The position numbers were made by a program, and so were the translations under genes. The notes below the pieces were generated by a model. It did not search any database, had not been told where the DNA came from, and saw nothing but the letters and a program-made list of their open reading frames with translations. DNA of 64,000 nt from a virus: the IMG/VR virus record IMGVR_UViG_3300045988_098422. One strand, 5' to 3'. Positions 27,979 to 36,209 of the stretch are shown piece by piece; the first letter of the stretch is position 1, and the number at the start of each line of letters is the position of its first letter.

Positions 27979-28458
27979 TTACCGCATTTCGTTATAACTA
28001 CGGTTCATCCACGCTTCTTTTTCCATGCTTTCAATCATGTCCTCAAGGAAATTTAAGGTTCCTTGGTCAGCGGGTGGCACTTGGTCATGAATTTCACGGA
28101 TGCGTCTAATTACCGTGTCCCAGTCGGCAGAAATAATTTTCCACATTTCCATGTCCGTCGGGAGTGGCTGAGACATTTCAAACTCCTGAATGTGGTTTGC
28201 CTGTAACATAGCTTCCATACTACCGAGCGGTCTGCCACCTAAAGCCCGCACACGTTCAGCAACGTCATCAACACGTTCAATTTCGGCTTCATAAAGTTTC
28301 AGCATAGCTTCGTGATAGCTGCCAAAAGAAGAACCAATAACGTTCCAATGGAACTGCCATGTTTTTAGCAACAGGGTAAAGTGGTCGGCTAATAAGCCGT
28401 TCAACAGGACAAGACTTTTAGCTATGTCCTCTGATGTTAATCCAATGTTTACTTTCAT
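27979..28458 (-). CDS. dps: Dps (DNA-binding ferritin-like protein)
   Basis: LLADHFTLLLKTWQFHWNVIGSSFGSYHEAMLKLYEAEIERVDDVAERVRALGG. Start set at MKVNIG (28458; alternative start 28467) because the tracked upstream Mets run into the promoter box. Confidence 0.85.
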   Translation of the reverse strand: MKVNIGLTSEDIAKSLVLLNGLLADHFTLLLKTWQFHWNVIGSSFGSYHEAMLKLYEAEIERVDDVAERVRALGGRPLGSMEAMLQANHIQEFEMSQPLPTDMEMWKIISADWDTVIRRIREIHDQVPPADQGTLNFLEDMIESMEKEAWMNRSYNEMR

Positions 28459-28493
28459 AATGTACATTTTAAAAAGTTGATGTATATACGCCA

Positions 28494-28501
28494 CAAAGGT
28501 A
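28494..28501 (-). promoter_or_regulatory. -7 box TACCTTTG for dps (minus strand)
   Basis: Minus-strand GACTACCTTTGT, same 12-mer as the + strand promoters at 13710 and 28570. Confidence 0.55.
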
Positions 28502-28549
28502 GTCAAAAGAAAATTATTAGAAAAATCTTAGAAAAAGTCCGGTGAAGTC

Positions 28550-28579
28550 TTGTTATTTCAAAAATTATGACTACCTTTG
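28550..28579 (+). promoter_or_regulatory. Bacteroidota-type promoter in conserved cassette
   Basis: TTG 28550-52, 19-nt spacer, TACCTTTG 28572-79; about 30 nt nearly identical to 13700-13733. Confidence 0.7.
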
Positions 28580-28618
28580 TAGTGTCAATAAACAATAACT
28601 CATTAAAAATTCAAAATT

Positions 28619-28906
28619 ATGGCAACAACAGTAAATAACAAAAGAACTTTTGCAAAAGACATTGCAACTATTAGCACAGCTTTAGACGGCATAGTAGAAT
28701 TTCAAAGTATTGAATTTAGCCAAATACTTATTACGGAACATGGGCAAAGCATTAACGATTTACAGTATGTGAACAAAATACGTGGTATTTACTTTTATAC
28801 AAGCCGCAGCAAAGTAGAAAATATTGTTTGTGCTTTATGGCGTAATGAAACCCTACCGACTTATGTAGTTTGCGCTGACAGCAAAAACGTTTACGAACTT
28901 AAATGA
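28619..28906 (+). CDS. hypothetical protein
   Basis: Tracked ORF, 95 aa, downstream of promoter cassette. Confidence 0.55.
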   Translation: MATTVNNKRTFAKDIATISTALDGIVEFQSIEFSQILITEHGQSINDLQYVNKIRGIYFYTSRSKVENIVCALWRNETLPTYVVCADSKNVYELK

Positions 28907-28912
28907 TAACCC

Positions 28913-28930
28913 GTGGGGCGCAAGCCCCGC
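28913..28930 (+). terminator. hairpin terminator
   Basis: GTGGGGC-GCAA-GCCCCGC (one G-U pair). Confidence 0.45.
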
Positions 28931-28944
28931 ACAACTTTTGAATT

Positions 28945-29388
28945 ATGGAACATAACAGATGTATGATATGTGGAGCGGTTATTAGCGATAACAATACGGA
29001 CGGTATTGGTTGGGGCTGTATGGCAAATGTTGTGAAACCCGCTATTAAAGAAACTATGTGGGAAGTGTACGGGTTGGACATTTGGGTGGCAAAAGCCAAC
29101 AGAATAAAGGAAGCGTTTTTGAACGCTTATGCAGGCGTAAAATTCCGTAATGAATTTAAACGGGGGTTTTACGAAAGTATGGCGAAAGCCGAAAGGGTGA
29201 GCAAGAAACAACTGGAAATTATGAACCAGATGCTGGACGATAAATGTGTTTTGCTGGACTTTAAAGACATTTTTGAACGTTACGAGGGAATGGCACAGAG
29301 TAGCGAATGTAAAGCCCAATTTCAGGCTAATATTGCGAAATACAAGAAGATTTATTTAAGTGGACGTAAAAATAAAACGGAGGAATAA
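28945..29388 (+). CDS. hypothetical protein (Cys-rich N-terminus)
   Basis: Tracked ORF, 147 aa, CMICG...GWGC. Confidence 0.5.
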   Translation: MEHNRCMICGAVISDNNTDGIGWGCMANVVKPAIKETMWEVYGLDIWVAKANRIKEAFLNAYAGVKFRNEFKRGFYESMAKAERVSKKQLEIMNQMLDDKCVLLDFKDIFERYEGMAQSSECKAQFQANIAKYKKIYLSGRKNKTEE

Positions 29389-29390
29389 TT

Positions 29391-29711
29391 ATGAAGCCAA
29401 CTGTTGAGAATTTTCAGGTTATTAATTCAACGAGCACAGAATTGGAAGTTGAATTAACCCCAACGATACGTTTGAAGTGCCTACGTCATTCTAATCGCAG
29501 GACGGGTTCTTCGGTTTGGGAAGCTCGCTTGTACCAATTTGGGAAGTGGAGGGTGTTTAACAACCCGTTTGACCGCAAAGATTATGAGGTGGTTGAAAAA
29601 TGGGGGAAGATAAAGGCAAACGCTTTTCGGGGCGTGATTATTGCCAAAAGTTATTCCTACAAAAAGGATATTATAAGTGCTTTAAATAGCGTACCACTAA
29701 AAATAAATTGA
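29391..29711 (+). CDS. hypothetical protein
   Basis: Tracked ORF, 106 aa, 2-nt gap. Confidence 0.5.
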   Translation: MKPTVENFQVINSTSTELEVELTPTIRLKCLRHSNRRTGSSVWEARLYQFGKWRVFNNPFDRKDYEVVEKWGKIKANAFRGVIIAKSYSYKKDIISALNSVPLKIN

Positions 29712-29717
29712 TTGAAT

Positions 29718-30014
29718 ATGGCAAAGAAACAGAAAAGAGCGTTGCTAGCCGCTGAAATAGCACAGCTATGCACCAATAAAGGGTATAACAGTTTTAGTGA
29801 TTATATTCCGATTGCACCTAATAAATGGGGTGCGACACATGTTGATTTTGTGGATAACCTGAATGGATATACATGGCTTTATTTGCGTAAATTAGAGAAA
29901 CGGTTTGGCATTAAACATTATACCACCGTAGTAGAATATACTAAGCTGAACGCAGACGATAAACGTTTGGTTGAGGCTTTAATTAGGGAAGCACCTGATA
30001 AAGAAACTAAATAA
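29718..30014 (+). CDS. hypothetical protein
   Basis: Tracked ORF; start moved from TTG 29712 to ATG 29718. Confidence 0.5.
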   Translation: MAKKQKRALLAAEIAQLCTNKGYNSFSDYIPIAPNKWGATHVDFVDNLNGYTWLYLRKLEKRFGIKHYTTVVEYTKLNADDKRLVEALIREAPDKETK

Positions 30015-30023
30015 AAGAAGATT

Positions 30024-30587
30024 ATGTATTTAAAGAAAAATTTGTGGCAAAGAATTAAGTTTGCTTTTAAAACATTGTTAAGCGACGCACCGCTTGAAGA
30101 AATGTACACAACCGGATACAAAGCCGGAGTGGACGAAGTGATTAACGATTATCGTTTGTTGAAAGAAAAGTTGGTTCCGATACTGACAGAGCTAGCCACA
30201 CCACCGCAAAAGTTGGATGATAATTTTATCACGTATCCGGATATGTCGGTACGGCAACTAAGTTTCTTTAATGTTGAACACCCTACCCCACGATTTTTGC
30301 ATAACGACATTAACAGCCCTTATCCAATAGAAAGGGTAACGGTGGAAAGGGTTATATACACAGCGAACCAAGTGCAAGTGACAGCAATGTCAGACCCTAT
30401 GGTTAAACAGTTGCAGGGTGACGCCCGTTATGCTAAGTATTTGGAGCATGAGCAACGCAATGCAGCCCAACGACTAGGGGAATACCTGTTGAAGAATGGG
30501 TTTATTAGGGCGACCCGATTGGCTAGTACAAATCCCCATGACATGAGAGTTATGTACTGGACATTAACTTATACTAAGTTGCAGTAA
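30024..30587 (+). CDS. hypothetical protein
   Basis: Tracked ORF, 187 aa. Confidence 0.5.
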   Translation: MYLKKNLWQRIKFAFKTLLSDAPLEEMYTTGYKAGVDEVINDYRLLKEKLVPILTELATPPQKLDDNFITYPDMSVRQLSFFNVEHPTPRFLHNDINSPYPIERVTVERVIYTANQVQVTAMSDPMVKQLQGDARYAKYLEHEQRNAAQRLGEYLLKNGFIRATRLASTNPHDMRVMYWTLTYTKLQ

Positions 30588-30604
30588 AACAAATCTATGA
30601 ATAA

Positions 30605-30631
30605 GCCGGAAAATTTTCCGGCTTTTCTTTT
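30605..30631 (+). terminator. terminator hairpin of cassette
   Basis: GCCGGAAAATTTTCCGGC perfect palindrome then TTTTCTTTT; identical hairpin at 55340. Confidence 0.75.
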
Positions 30632-30658
30632 GCAGTTTAAATTAAAGTATTATATTTG
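30629..30658 (+). promoter_or_regulatory. Bacteroidota-type promoter in conserved cassette
   Basis: TTTG 30629-32, 18-nt spacer, TATATTTG 30651-58, leader CGGTGTCAATAAAAAC. Confidence 0.65.
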
Positions 30659-30683
30659 CGGTGTCAATAAAAACTTAATAGTT

Positions 30684-31292
30684 ATGTCAACAGAAAATTT
30701 AGTACCCGCAGCAATACTCTTAAAGATTAAGAAGTTGCAAGAACTAGCCTTGAGAGGCGTAGGTGGTGAGGCGCAAAATGCTCAAAGAGTTTTAGAAGCC
30801 TTGTGTGAAAAATATGGTTTAACCCTTGAGGATTTAGACCAAGATGCAAAAGTAACTTATGAATTTCCACTACGAGCTTCTATTCGTTCGCTGTTTGTTA
30901 ATTGTTTTACGTACATGTTTGGGGCGAATACCCGCTTTAAAGAAGACTACACGGCTTATCGTGGCTGTGATACAAAGAAAGAATGGGTGGAATTAAATCT
31001 GACACCTAGCGAATATATAGAATTTTCACAGTTCTGGGAATGGCATAAACATAATTTTCTTAAAGAACGTGCTGCCATGCGTGAAGCGTTTAAGAGTGCC
31101 TATTGTGAAAAGCACCAATTATTTACAAACGATTTTGCCGACGATATACGTGAGGAGCTAGATAGCCGTAAAGAACCGACCTTAGAGGAAATAATGGCGA
31201 TTAAAGCACTGGCGGGGACGCTTAAAAATAATACCTATCATAAACAGATTGGGAGCAGTGCAAACGCTTATAACGAGGAGGACGAAGAATGA
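30684..31292 (+). CDS. hypothetical protein, DUF2786-like N-terminus (tentative)
   Basis: Start moved to ATG 30684 because the tracked start 30597 runs through the terminator and promoter. The N-terminus LLKIKKLQELALRGVGGEAQNAQRVLEALCEKYGL resembles DUF2786. ATGA overlap with the sigma gene. Confidence 0.45.
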   Translation: MSTENLVPAAILLKIKKLQELALRGVGGEAQNAQRVLEALCEKYGLTLEDLDQDAKVTYEFPLRASIRSLFVNCFTYMFGANTRFKEDYTAYRGCDTKKEWVELNLTPSEYIEFSQFWEWHKHNFLKERAAMREAFKSAYCEKHQLFTNDFADDIREELDSRKEPTLEEIMAIKALAGTLKNNTYHKQIGSSANAYNEEDEE

Positions 31293-31930
31293 TGACTACA
31301 AAAGAGCGTGACTTCCATTTAGTACAAAAGGCTTTAGGTGGAGATAACAAGGCTTGTGAAACAATATACAACAGGTTTAACAGGGCGGTAAATTATCAGA
31401 TAGGCAAGATAGTGATGGACACCGAAATAGCCTTAGACCTTACAATGGAAACATTTGAAAAGATATTTACCCGTTTGCACCGCTATCAGCCGGATTACTG
31501 TTTAAGCACATGGGTGAGCCGCATAGCTACTAACACCGCATTAGATTACACCCGAAAAGTAAGGCGTGTTACAATTGTAAGTATAGAAGCAAGTATAGAA
31601 AACGAGGATGGGGCAGATATACAGGTGATGGACGACGAACCAACTCCCGATGAGCGTATAATCTTAACACAAAAGATGACCTACCTTACAGGGCTGATGC
31701 GGTACATGCAGCCGAATGAATGTAGGCTGTTGCAACTGTATTACGTGAACGACATGGGTTATACCGAAATAGCTGACGAAATGGATATTTCGGTGCGTGT
31801 TGTCAGGCAGTATATCAGGGATGCACGCAATAAACTACGCAAGTTGACGCAGGAAATAAGCATGCGGGAAGTATTAACCAAAGAACAAAGAAGATATGAA
31901 AAAGAATTACAGAGCCAAGTTACAGGGTGA
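31289..31930 (+). CDS. RNA polymerase sigma-70 family factor (ECF-like, two-domain)
   Basis: Region 2 TWVSRIATNTALDYTRK; region 4 HTH MGYTEIADEMDISVRVVRQYIRDARNKLRK; 213 aa. Confidence 0.8.
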   Translation: MMTTKERDFHLVQKALGGDNKACETIYNRFNRAVNYQIGKIVMDTEIALDLTMETFEKIFTRLHRYQPDYCLSTWVSRIATNTALDYTRKVRRVTIVSIEASIENEDGADIQVMDDEPTPDERIILTQKMTYLTGLMRYMQPNECRLLQLYYVNDMGYTEIADEMDISVRVVRQYIRDARNKLRKLTQEISMREVLTKEQRRYEKELQSQVTG

Positions 31931-32171
31931 ATTTGACATTATACAATTAACCGATGACAATTATGAGGAAGTGGTAGCCTTTATCGCCAGAAAGGATGAA
32001 TATGCTGTTTTTGACGAAACCTTTTGCAACAGTTCTACTCCTTACATAGAATTTATACAAGATGCACGCATGAAATGCGTGCAACGAGGCGATTATGTAT
32101 TTACAACTCCTGACGGCACGTTGCATATAATGTCCAAGGAAAAATTTGAGAGCACTTATGAGGAGATTTAG
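31896..32171 (+). CDS. hypothetical protein
   Basis: Tracked ORF, 91 aa, 35-nt overlap. Confidence 0.45.
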   Translation: MKKNYRAKLQGEFDIIQLTDDNYEEVVAFIARKDEYAVFDETFCNSSTPYIEFIQDARMKCVQRGDYVFTTPDGTLHIMSKEKFESTYEEI

Positions 32172-32173
32172 CT

Positions 32174-32413
32174 ATGGAACTGCTAGAAAGAGAAAATACG
32201 GTTACGGCATGGGGCGTGAAAGATGGTGTAGTCACTGTAATAGGCGTTGACTTTGGGCATAAGAACGATTATGCTGTTAAGACAACGTTAAAGAAATATC
32301 CGGATGGTAGAGTTGAAGTTGCAAGTTCTGAACATATTGGGCGGGCAATTGACTTTAACGACCCCACCCGCAAACAAAAAGTTATTGACGAAATTAGAAA
32401 CTTTAAATTATAG
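32174..32413 (+). CDS. hypothetical protein
   Basis: Tracked ORF, 79 aa. Confidence 0.5.
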   Translation: MELLERENTVTAWGVKDGVVTVIGVDFGHKNDYAVKTTLKKYPDGRVEVASSEHIGRAIDFNDPTRKQKVIDEIRNFKL

Positions 32414-32417
32414 AAAA

Positions 32418-32795
32418 ATGGAAAAATTGATTTTGTTTGTATTGATTGGATTAGTGCTTGTTTTGGCGTGTTGCAAAATGTATTTTAAAGTGCGTTTTGA
32501 GTATTTGTTGCGTGAAATGGCTAAGTACCAAAAGAGAAAATTGCAAGTAGACAAGAGAGTATATATGGTGTATTATGTGCCATTAGTTCCAGACTTATGT
32601 GATAGTCGGGTGGTTGCCCAAATGGTGAATGAAAAAGATTGGGGAATATTTTGTCAACCAGATTGTGAAGCGATTGAGTTGTATATACAGGCGAATCCCA
32701 ATTGCCGAGTATTTAATATTCCGACGGTACTGTTCAATCCCGATAATGTGGAATTAAACTTTAGAGCTATTTACAAAGTAGTACGAGTAAAATGA
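32418..32795 (+). CDS. membrane/secreted hypothetical protein
   Basis: Start moved to ATG 32418 (MEKLILFVLIGLVLVLACC hydrophobic N-terminus), 4 nt after previous stop. Confidence 0.5.
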   Translation: MEKLILFVLIGLVLVLACCKMYFKVRFEYLLREMAKYQKRKLQVDKRVYMVYYVPLVPDLCDSRVVAQMVNEKDWGIFCQPDCEAIELYIQANPNCRVFNIPTVLFNPDNVELNFRAIYKVVRVK

Positions 32796-33145
32796 AAACA
32801 GAAGTAACAAGAACGGTTGTAACGTTGGTTGAAGTACATACCCGTGAAATGGGTGACGCCACTGTAAAGGGTGTGGGCAAAGTATCTAATGATTCCACAT
32901 TGTCAAGAAAAATATGGATTAATGGGGAAGAAGTGTATGCTGAACAGTACCCGACACGTTGCATAGACAAATTTGCACAGCCAGAACTCCAAGCGTTTGT
33001 AGAAATGTTGAGTAAGTATGAAGTCCCACGCAAAAGGAGCGTGCACCTATCTACGGGCTTCTATAAGACATTATGTATAGTCTTGGCGTGTATTTGGCTA
33101 GTTACATTATTATTCTTTCTATATAGACCTAATTTGAGCTTATGA
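32792..33145 (+). CDS. hypothetical protein with C-terminal TM helix
   Basis: ATGA overlap; C-terminus LCIVLACIWLVTLLFFLY. Confidence 0.5.
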   Translation: MKTEVTRTVVTLVEVHTREMGDATVKGVGKVSNDSTLSRKIWINGEEVYAEQYPTRCIDKFAQPELQAFVEMLSKYEVPRKRSVHLSTGFYKTLCIVLACIWLVTLLFFLYRPNLSL

Positions 33146-33351
33146 GAAAACAATTGCCACCACCCCCGCCAAAGCCAAGAGAGGGGCAAACAAGAGTAAG
33201 AAGTTGGTTTGCTTGAAAGCCTGTAACAATTGGATACGAACAACGTTGGTTGGAAAAAGTAACTGTATTAGAAGTGTGCCGTTACCATAGTCTTCCACAT
33301 ATTGGGGAAGTACCTGAATGGGACAAAGTTAAATTTATAGATGAATAAAAT

Positions 33352-33558
33352 ATGGATTGGAGTTTTATGATAGTAGTCGGACCGCTTGTGATACTAATAG
33401 TATTTGGGTGGAACATTTGGTATTGGAATAACGAGGAGTGCCCTAAATGTGGCAGTCATAGAAACGATTACTTGGGTGGTGCGGGGCACTGTAAAGATAA
33501 GTACCAATGCAAGAAATGTGGAAAAGAATTTATTAAAAGACACGCTTTTTATGATTAA
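33352..33558 (+). CDS. small membrane protein with zinc ribbon
   Basis: N-terminal TM FMIVVGPLVILIVFGW; CPKCGSH...CKKCGKEF. Confidence 0.5.
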   Translation: MDWSFMIVVGPLVILIVFGWNIWYWNNEECPKCGSHRNDYLGGAGHCKDKYQCKKCGKEFIKRHAFYD

Positions 33559-33889
33559 ATATTATTGGTTTGAAAATAGCCAACTTCTACCCTATTGTGA
33601 AACAGGCAAATGTCAGGTTGCTAGTGCAGCGTGTCACGATTGTCCTATGTGCTTGGGAATAAATAAAGTTGAGCGACAGGTGCAATGTGGAGCAGATGGT
33701 ACAGGCTATCATGAAACCCCGTTTGAGAAATTAACAGTGGGGCAAGAGTTCAGCTTGCATCAGACGTTGCTTGAGCCTATTTACACCGTGTTAGAAAAAC
33801 AAGGGGTTGAGACCCTGTTGGTTCAGTCACACGTAACTGGCATAAGCCAGATGCGATATAGTGGAAACGTGTTTGTAATAAGAAAGTGA
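33551..33889 (+). CDS. hypothetical Cys-rich protein
   Basis: Start moved to ATG 33551 (8-nt overlap with previous gene); CETGKC..CHDCPMC. Confidence 0.45.
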   Translation: MIKYYWFENSQLLPYCETGKCQVASAACHDCPMCLGINKVERQVQCGADGTGYHETPFEKLTVGQEFSLHQTLLEPIYTVLEKQGVETLLVQSHVTGISQMRYSGNVFVIRK

Positions 33890-33896
33890 GGGTATA

Positions 33897-34142
33897 ATGA
33901 AAAATATTTGTTATCTATTGGCTATAATGTTCTTAAACAAGGACGGAATGGTGGGGCATCAGAATGTATATGTAAATGTCAAAGGAGACGAGTTTATATT
34001 ATCAAAGGTTGTTGCTCGCCTTTGTCAAGATTATGGTTTTCAAAAAGTAACTGTTCTATATAGAACGGAAGTAGCCAAGACGGAGTTTGAAGCAAACTTT
34101 GCTGAAAATCCAGAGATATGTTGTTTTGTCTATCCTAAATAA
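33897..34142 (+). CDS. hypothetical protein
   Basis: Tracked ORF, 81 aa. Confidence 0.45.
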   Translation: MKNICYLLAIMFLNKDGMVGHQNVYVNVKGDEFILSKVVARLCQDYGFQKVTVLYRTEVAKTEFEANFAENPEICCFVYPK

Positions 34143-34153
34143 ATTGAGGGCGT

Positions 34154-34345
34154 ATGTTTTTAGATGTAAACAGAAGAGAAATACAGCTAGGCGATAAGCT
34201 AGCTGATGTAAGCGGTGAATGGTATGCGGATGACGAAACACCCGTAGTGGAAAGTGAGGGTGATGAGTTGTGTATTTGCGTGGACGGTACTACGATTTAC
34301 TTGAGTGAAATAGAAACAGAGAAAACATGTTTAATAGTGGATTAA
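34154..34345 (+). CDS. hypothetical protein
   Basis: Tracked ORF, 63 aa. Confidence 0.45.
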   Translation: MFLDVNRREIQLGDKLADVSGEWYADDETPVVESEGDELCICVDGTTIYLSEIETEKTCLIVD

Positions 34346-34346
34346 T

Positions 34347-34649
34347 ATGAAAATACAAGAAGTGACATTGAATATTCCACTGCAATATAAGGCGGTGCAG
34401 TATTGTGAAGGACATTTTGATGAGTTGCGTGAATGGGTGGAAAAAGAAAGTCTTGGGATTTTACAAGTGATGTTCACCCGTAGTACAACTCCAGGGAAAC
34501 CGTTTGTGTATATTTATGATACACAGAGGGACAGATGTGTGCCTGTTGAGGCTGAGGATTGGGTATTGTTACCTATTACGACCTCGCATGGGGTATATCC
34601 GACTTATCATGTGGTAGTGGACGAACTGTTTAAAAGGATGTATAAATAG
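34347..34649 (+). CDS. hypothetical protein
   Basis: Tracked ORF, 100 aa, 1-nt gap. Confidence 0.5.
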   Translation: MKIQEVTLNIPLQYKAVQYCEGHFDELREWVEKESLGILQVMFTRSTTPGKPFVYIYDTQRDRCVPVEAEDWVLLPITTSHGVYPTYHVVVDELFKRMYK

Positions 34650-34657
34650 AAAATATT

Positions 34658-34966
34658 ATGGCAGAAAAAGAAACAGGGGAGAGCATATTGCATCTCCCTA
34701 TTCCGCAAGAGGCGGTAAATGTAATATTAGAACCAAGCCGTCAGCAGGACGTCTATTTGGTTATCAAATTGGGTGGGGGTGAAAACCGTACTGTGACGTA
34801 TGTGGCAGCAGCCAAAGAGAACCCCGATGAGATACTAAGACAGATGAAGAGTGCGCTGAATAAACCGAAGGGAAGCATATTTGCAGCCATGCAACAGTTG
34901 AGCAAATTGTTTGAGAAGTACTTTGGTACAAGAGTACGGGGTGAGAACGATGGGGTAGCAGATTGA
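34658..34966 (+). CDS. hypothetical protein
   Basis: Tracked ORF, 102 aa. Confidence 0.5.
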   Translation: MAEKETGESILHLPIPQEAVNVILEPSRQQDVYLVIKLGGGENRTVTYVAAAKENPDEILRQMKSALNKPKGSIFAAMQQLSKLFEKYFGTRVRGENDGVAD

Positions 34967-34979
34967 TGAATTTTGGTAT

Positions 34980-35174
34980 ATGAGTGATGTGTTATTCATT
35001 ATGTGGACATCGGCTTTGTTGGCATATATAGCCCTCATCGTGCTGATAGTTTTAGCACTGTTCAATAAAAGAATAGCGGGGTGGAAATTGTTCCCTGTTC
35101 TAATATCTTGGCTGTTTGTAATAGGGGTTCTGCTTGATTTCACAGGGTTCCTTATATGGCACACTATAAGGTAA
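34980..35174 (+). CDS. small two-TM membrane protein
   Basis: Tracked ORF, 64 aa, two hydrophobic helices. Confidence 0.45.
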   Translation: MSDVLFIMWTSALLAYIALIVLIVLALFNKRIAGWKLFPVLISWLFVIGVLLDFTGFLIWHTIR

Positions 35175-35757
35175 TCGACGGTGGATACAGGTAGTCTACG
35201 AAAATTGAAATTGTAAATTCGAGTGGGATGTCAGTAGGGGTGATTTGGACGTGATAGAGCCGGATCACTCCTATTGATGTCTTAAATAAAAAGGCAGGGT
35301 GGATACATCGTAATCGTCTGACAGTTAAAATTGTAGGTACTCAAAAGAAATAAGGGGTGGGGCACATAATCAGTGATGAATAATAGGGAGTAACACAGGT
35401 ATAAGACATATAGTAGGTAGTATAGAGGGTGGATAGGTACAGGGGTGTAGCGGGGAGTGAGGTGGTTCGGGGGTGGTGGGTTGGGTGGTTATATAGTGGT
35501 TACAGGAGTTTTGAGGCGAAATTCCCGCCCGCATCAATATCCCCGAAGACCGAGGGCTGTCGTGTGGAGCAGATGCGAAAACAGGCAAGATTTAGAGCTC
35601 CTAATGTCTTATATACAATTTGACGCTCATGCTCCGGACACTTACATCTATTTGTGAGTACTGACACATCCATATTTAAGAAAGTGCCGCTCCCGTTCCG
35701 GGCGAGTGTAACAAAACGATAGATAAGATATAAAAGTCTGGTTTAAGAAAAATCAAA
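35175..35757. other. about 580-nt non-coding, purine/G-rich region with degenerate direct repeats (candidate origin/iterons or ncRNA)
   Basis: No credible ORF. GGTGGATAC occurs at 35179 and 35297 and GGTGGATAG at 35427. AAATTGTA lies 28-30 nt into units 1 and 2. A G-run cluster spans 35441-35487. Confidence 0.5.
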
Positions 35758-35786
35758 ATAATTCTAAGAAAAACTCCGGGCAACTC

Positions 35787-35816
35787 TTGTTTATTCAAGA
35801 ATTATATGTACCTTTG
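35787..35816 (+). promoter_or_regulatory. Bacteroidota-type promoter in conserved cassette
   Basis: TTG 35787-89, 19-nt spacer, TACCTTTG 35809-16; upstream TTCTAAGAAAAACTCCGGGCAACTC cassette arm. Confidence 0.7.
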
Positions 35817-35881
35817 CAGTGTTGATAAAGGTTATCAACGGTGTGGGTGGCACATTCCACTCGGTTTTAATACTTGGTATT

Positions 35882-36163
35882 ATGAAGGCAAGTTCAGTTT
35901 TAGTTTCCAGAGTTAAAGAAATCGTTGCTATTAACGGTGAAGTTAAACTTAATAATCCAGTAACGATTAGTTACCAAAGATACATCGGGTATAATTACAC
36001 TACTAAACAACATGAATACGTGCCGACAACGGTGCAAATAAGAGAAGTGTACCGTTACGGTAAGAGAGGCGAGGTTAGACTTAGTGAAGGCTTTAACTAC
36101 TGGAGACCTACTGAATTAACAGCCAAAGAATGTGAGGCAATATTGGCACAGCTCCCCAACTAG
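35882..36163 (+). CDS. hypothetical protein
   Basis: Start moved to ATG 35882 (MKASSVLV); tracked GTG 35819 lies just after the -7 box. Confidence 0.5.
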   Translation: MKASSVLVSRVKEIVAINGEVKLNNPVTISYQRYIGYNYTTKQHEYVPTTVQIREVYRYGKRGEVRLSEGFNYWRPTELTAKECEAILAQLPN

Positions 36164-36173
36164 GGAGCTTTTA
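36150..36173 (+). terminator. terminator hairpin overlapping stop codon
   Basis: AGCTCCC-CAACTA-GGGAGCT then TTTTA. Confidence 0.6.
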
Positions 36174-36181
36174 TACCTTTG
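36174..36181 (+). promoter_or_regulatory. -7 box TACCTTTG (no clear -33)
   Basis: TAnnTTTG followed by leader TACCACCAATCAATAAAAAC. Confidence 0.45.
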
Positions 36182-36209
36182 TACCACCAATCAATAAAAA
36201 CTCATAATC

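Noticed and set aside
35370-35657. Three overlapping ORFs (64-72 aa) on both strands in the G-rich region
   Set aside because: Their Gly/Trp/Pro-rich low-complexity translations are a direct product of G/C runs. They mutually overlap and have no promoter cassette or start context. The region is treated as non-coding.
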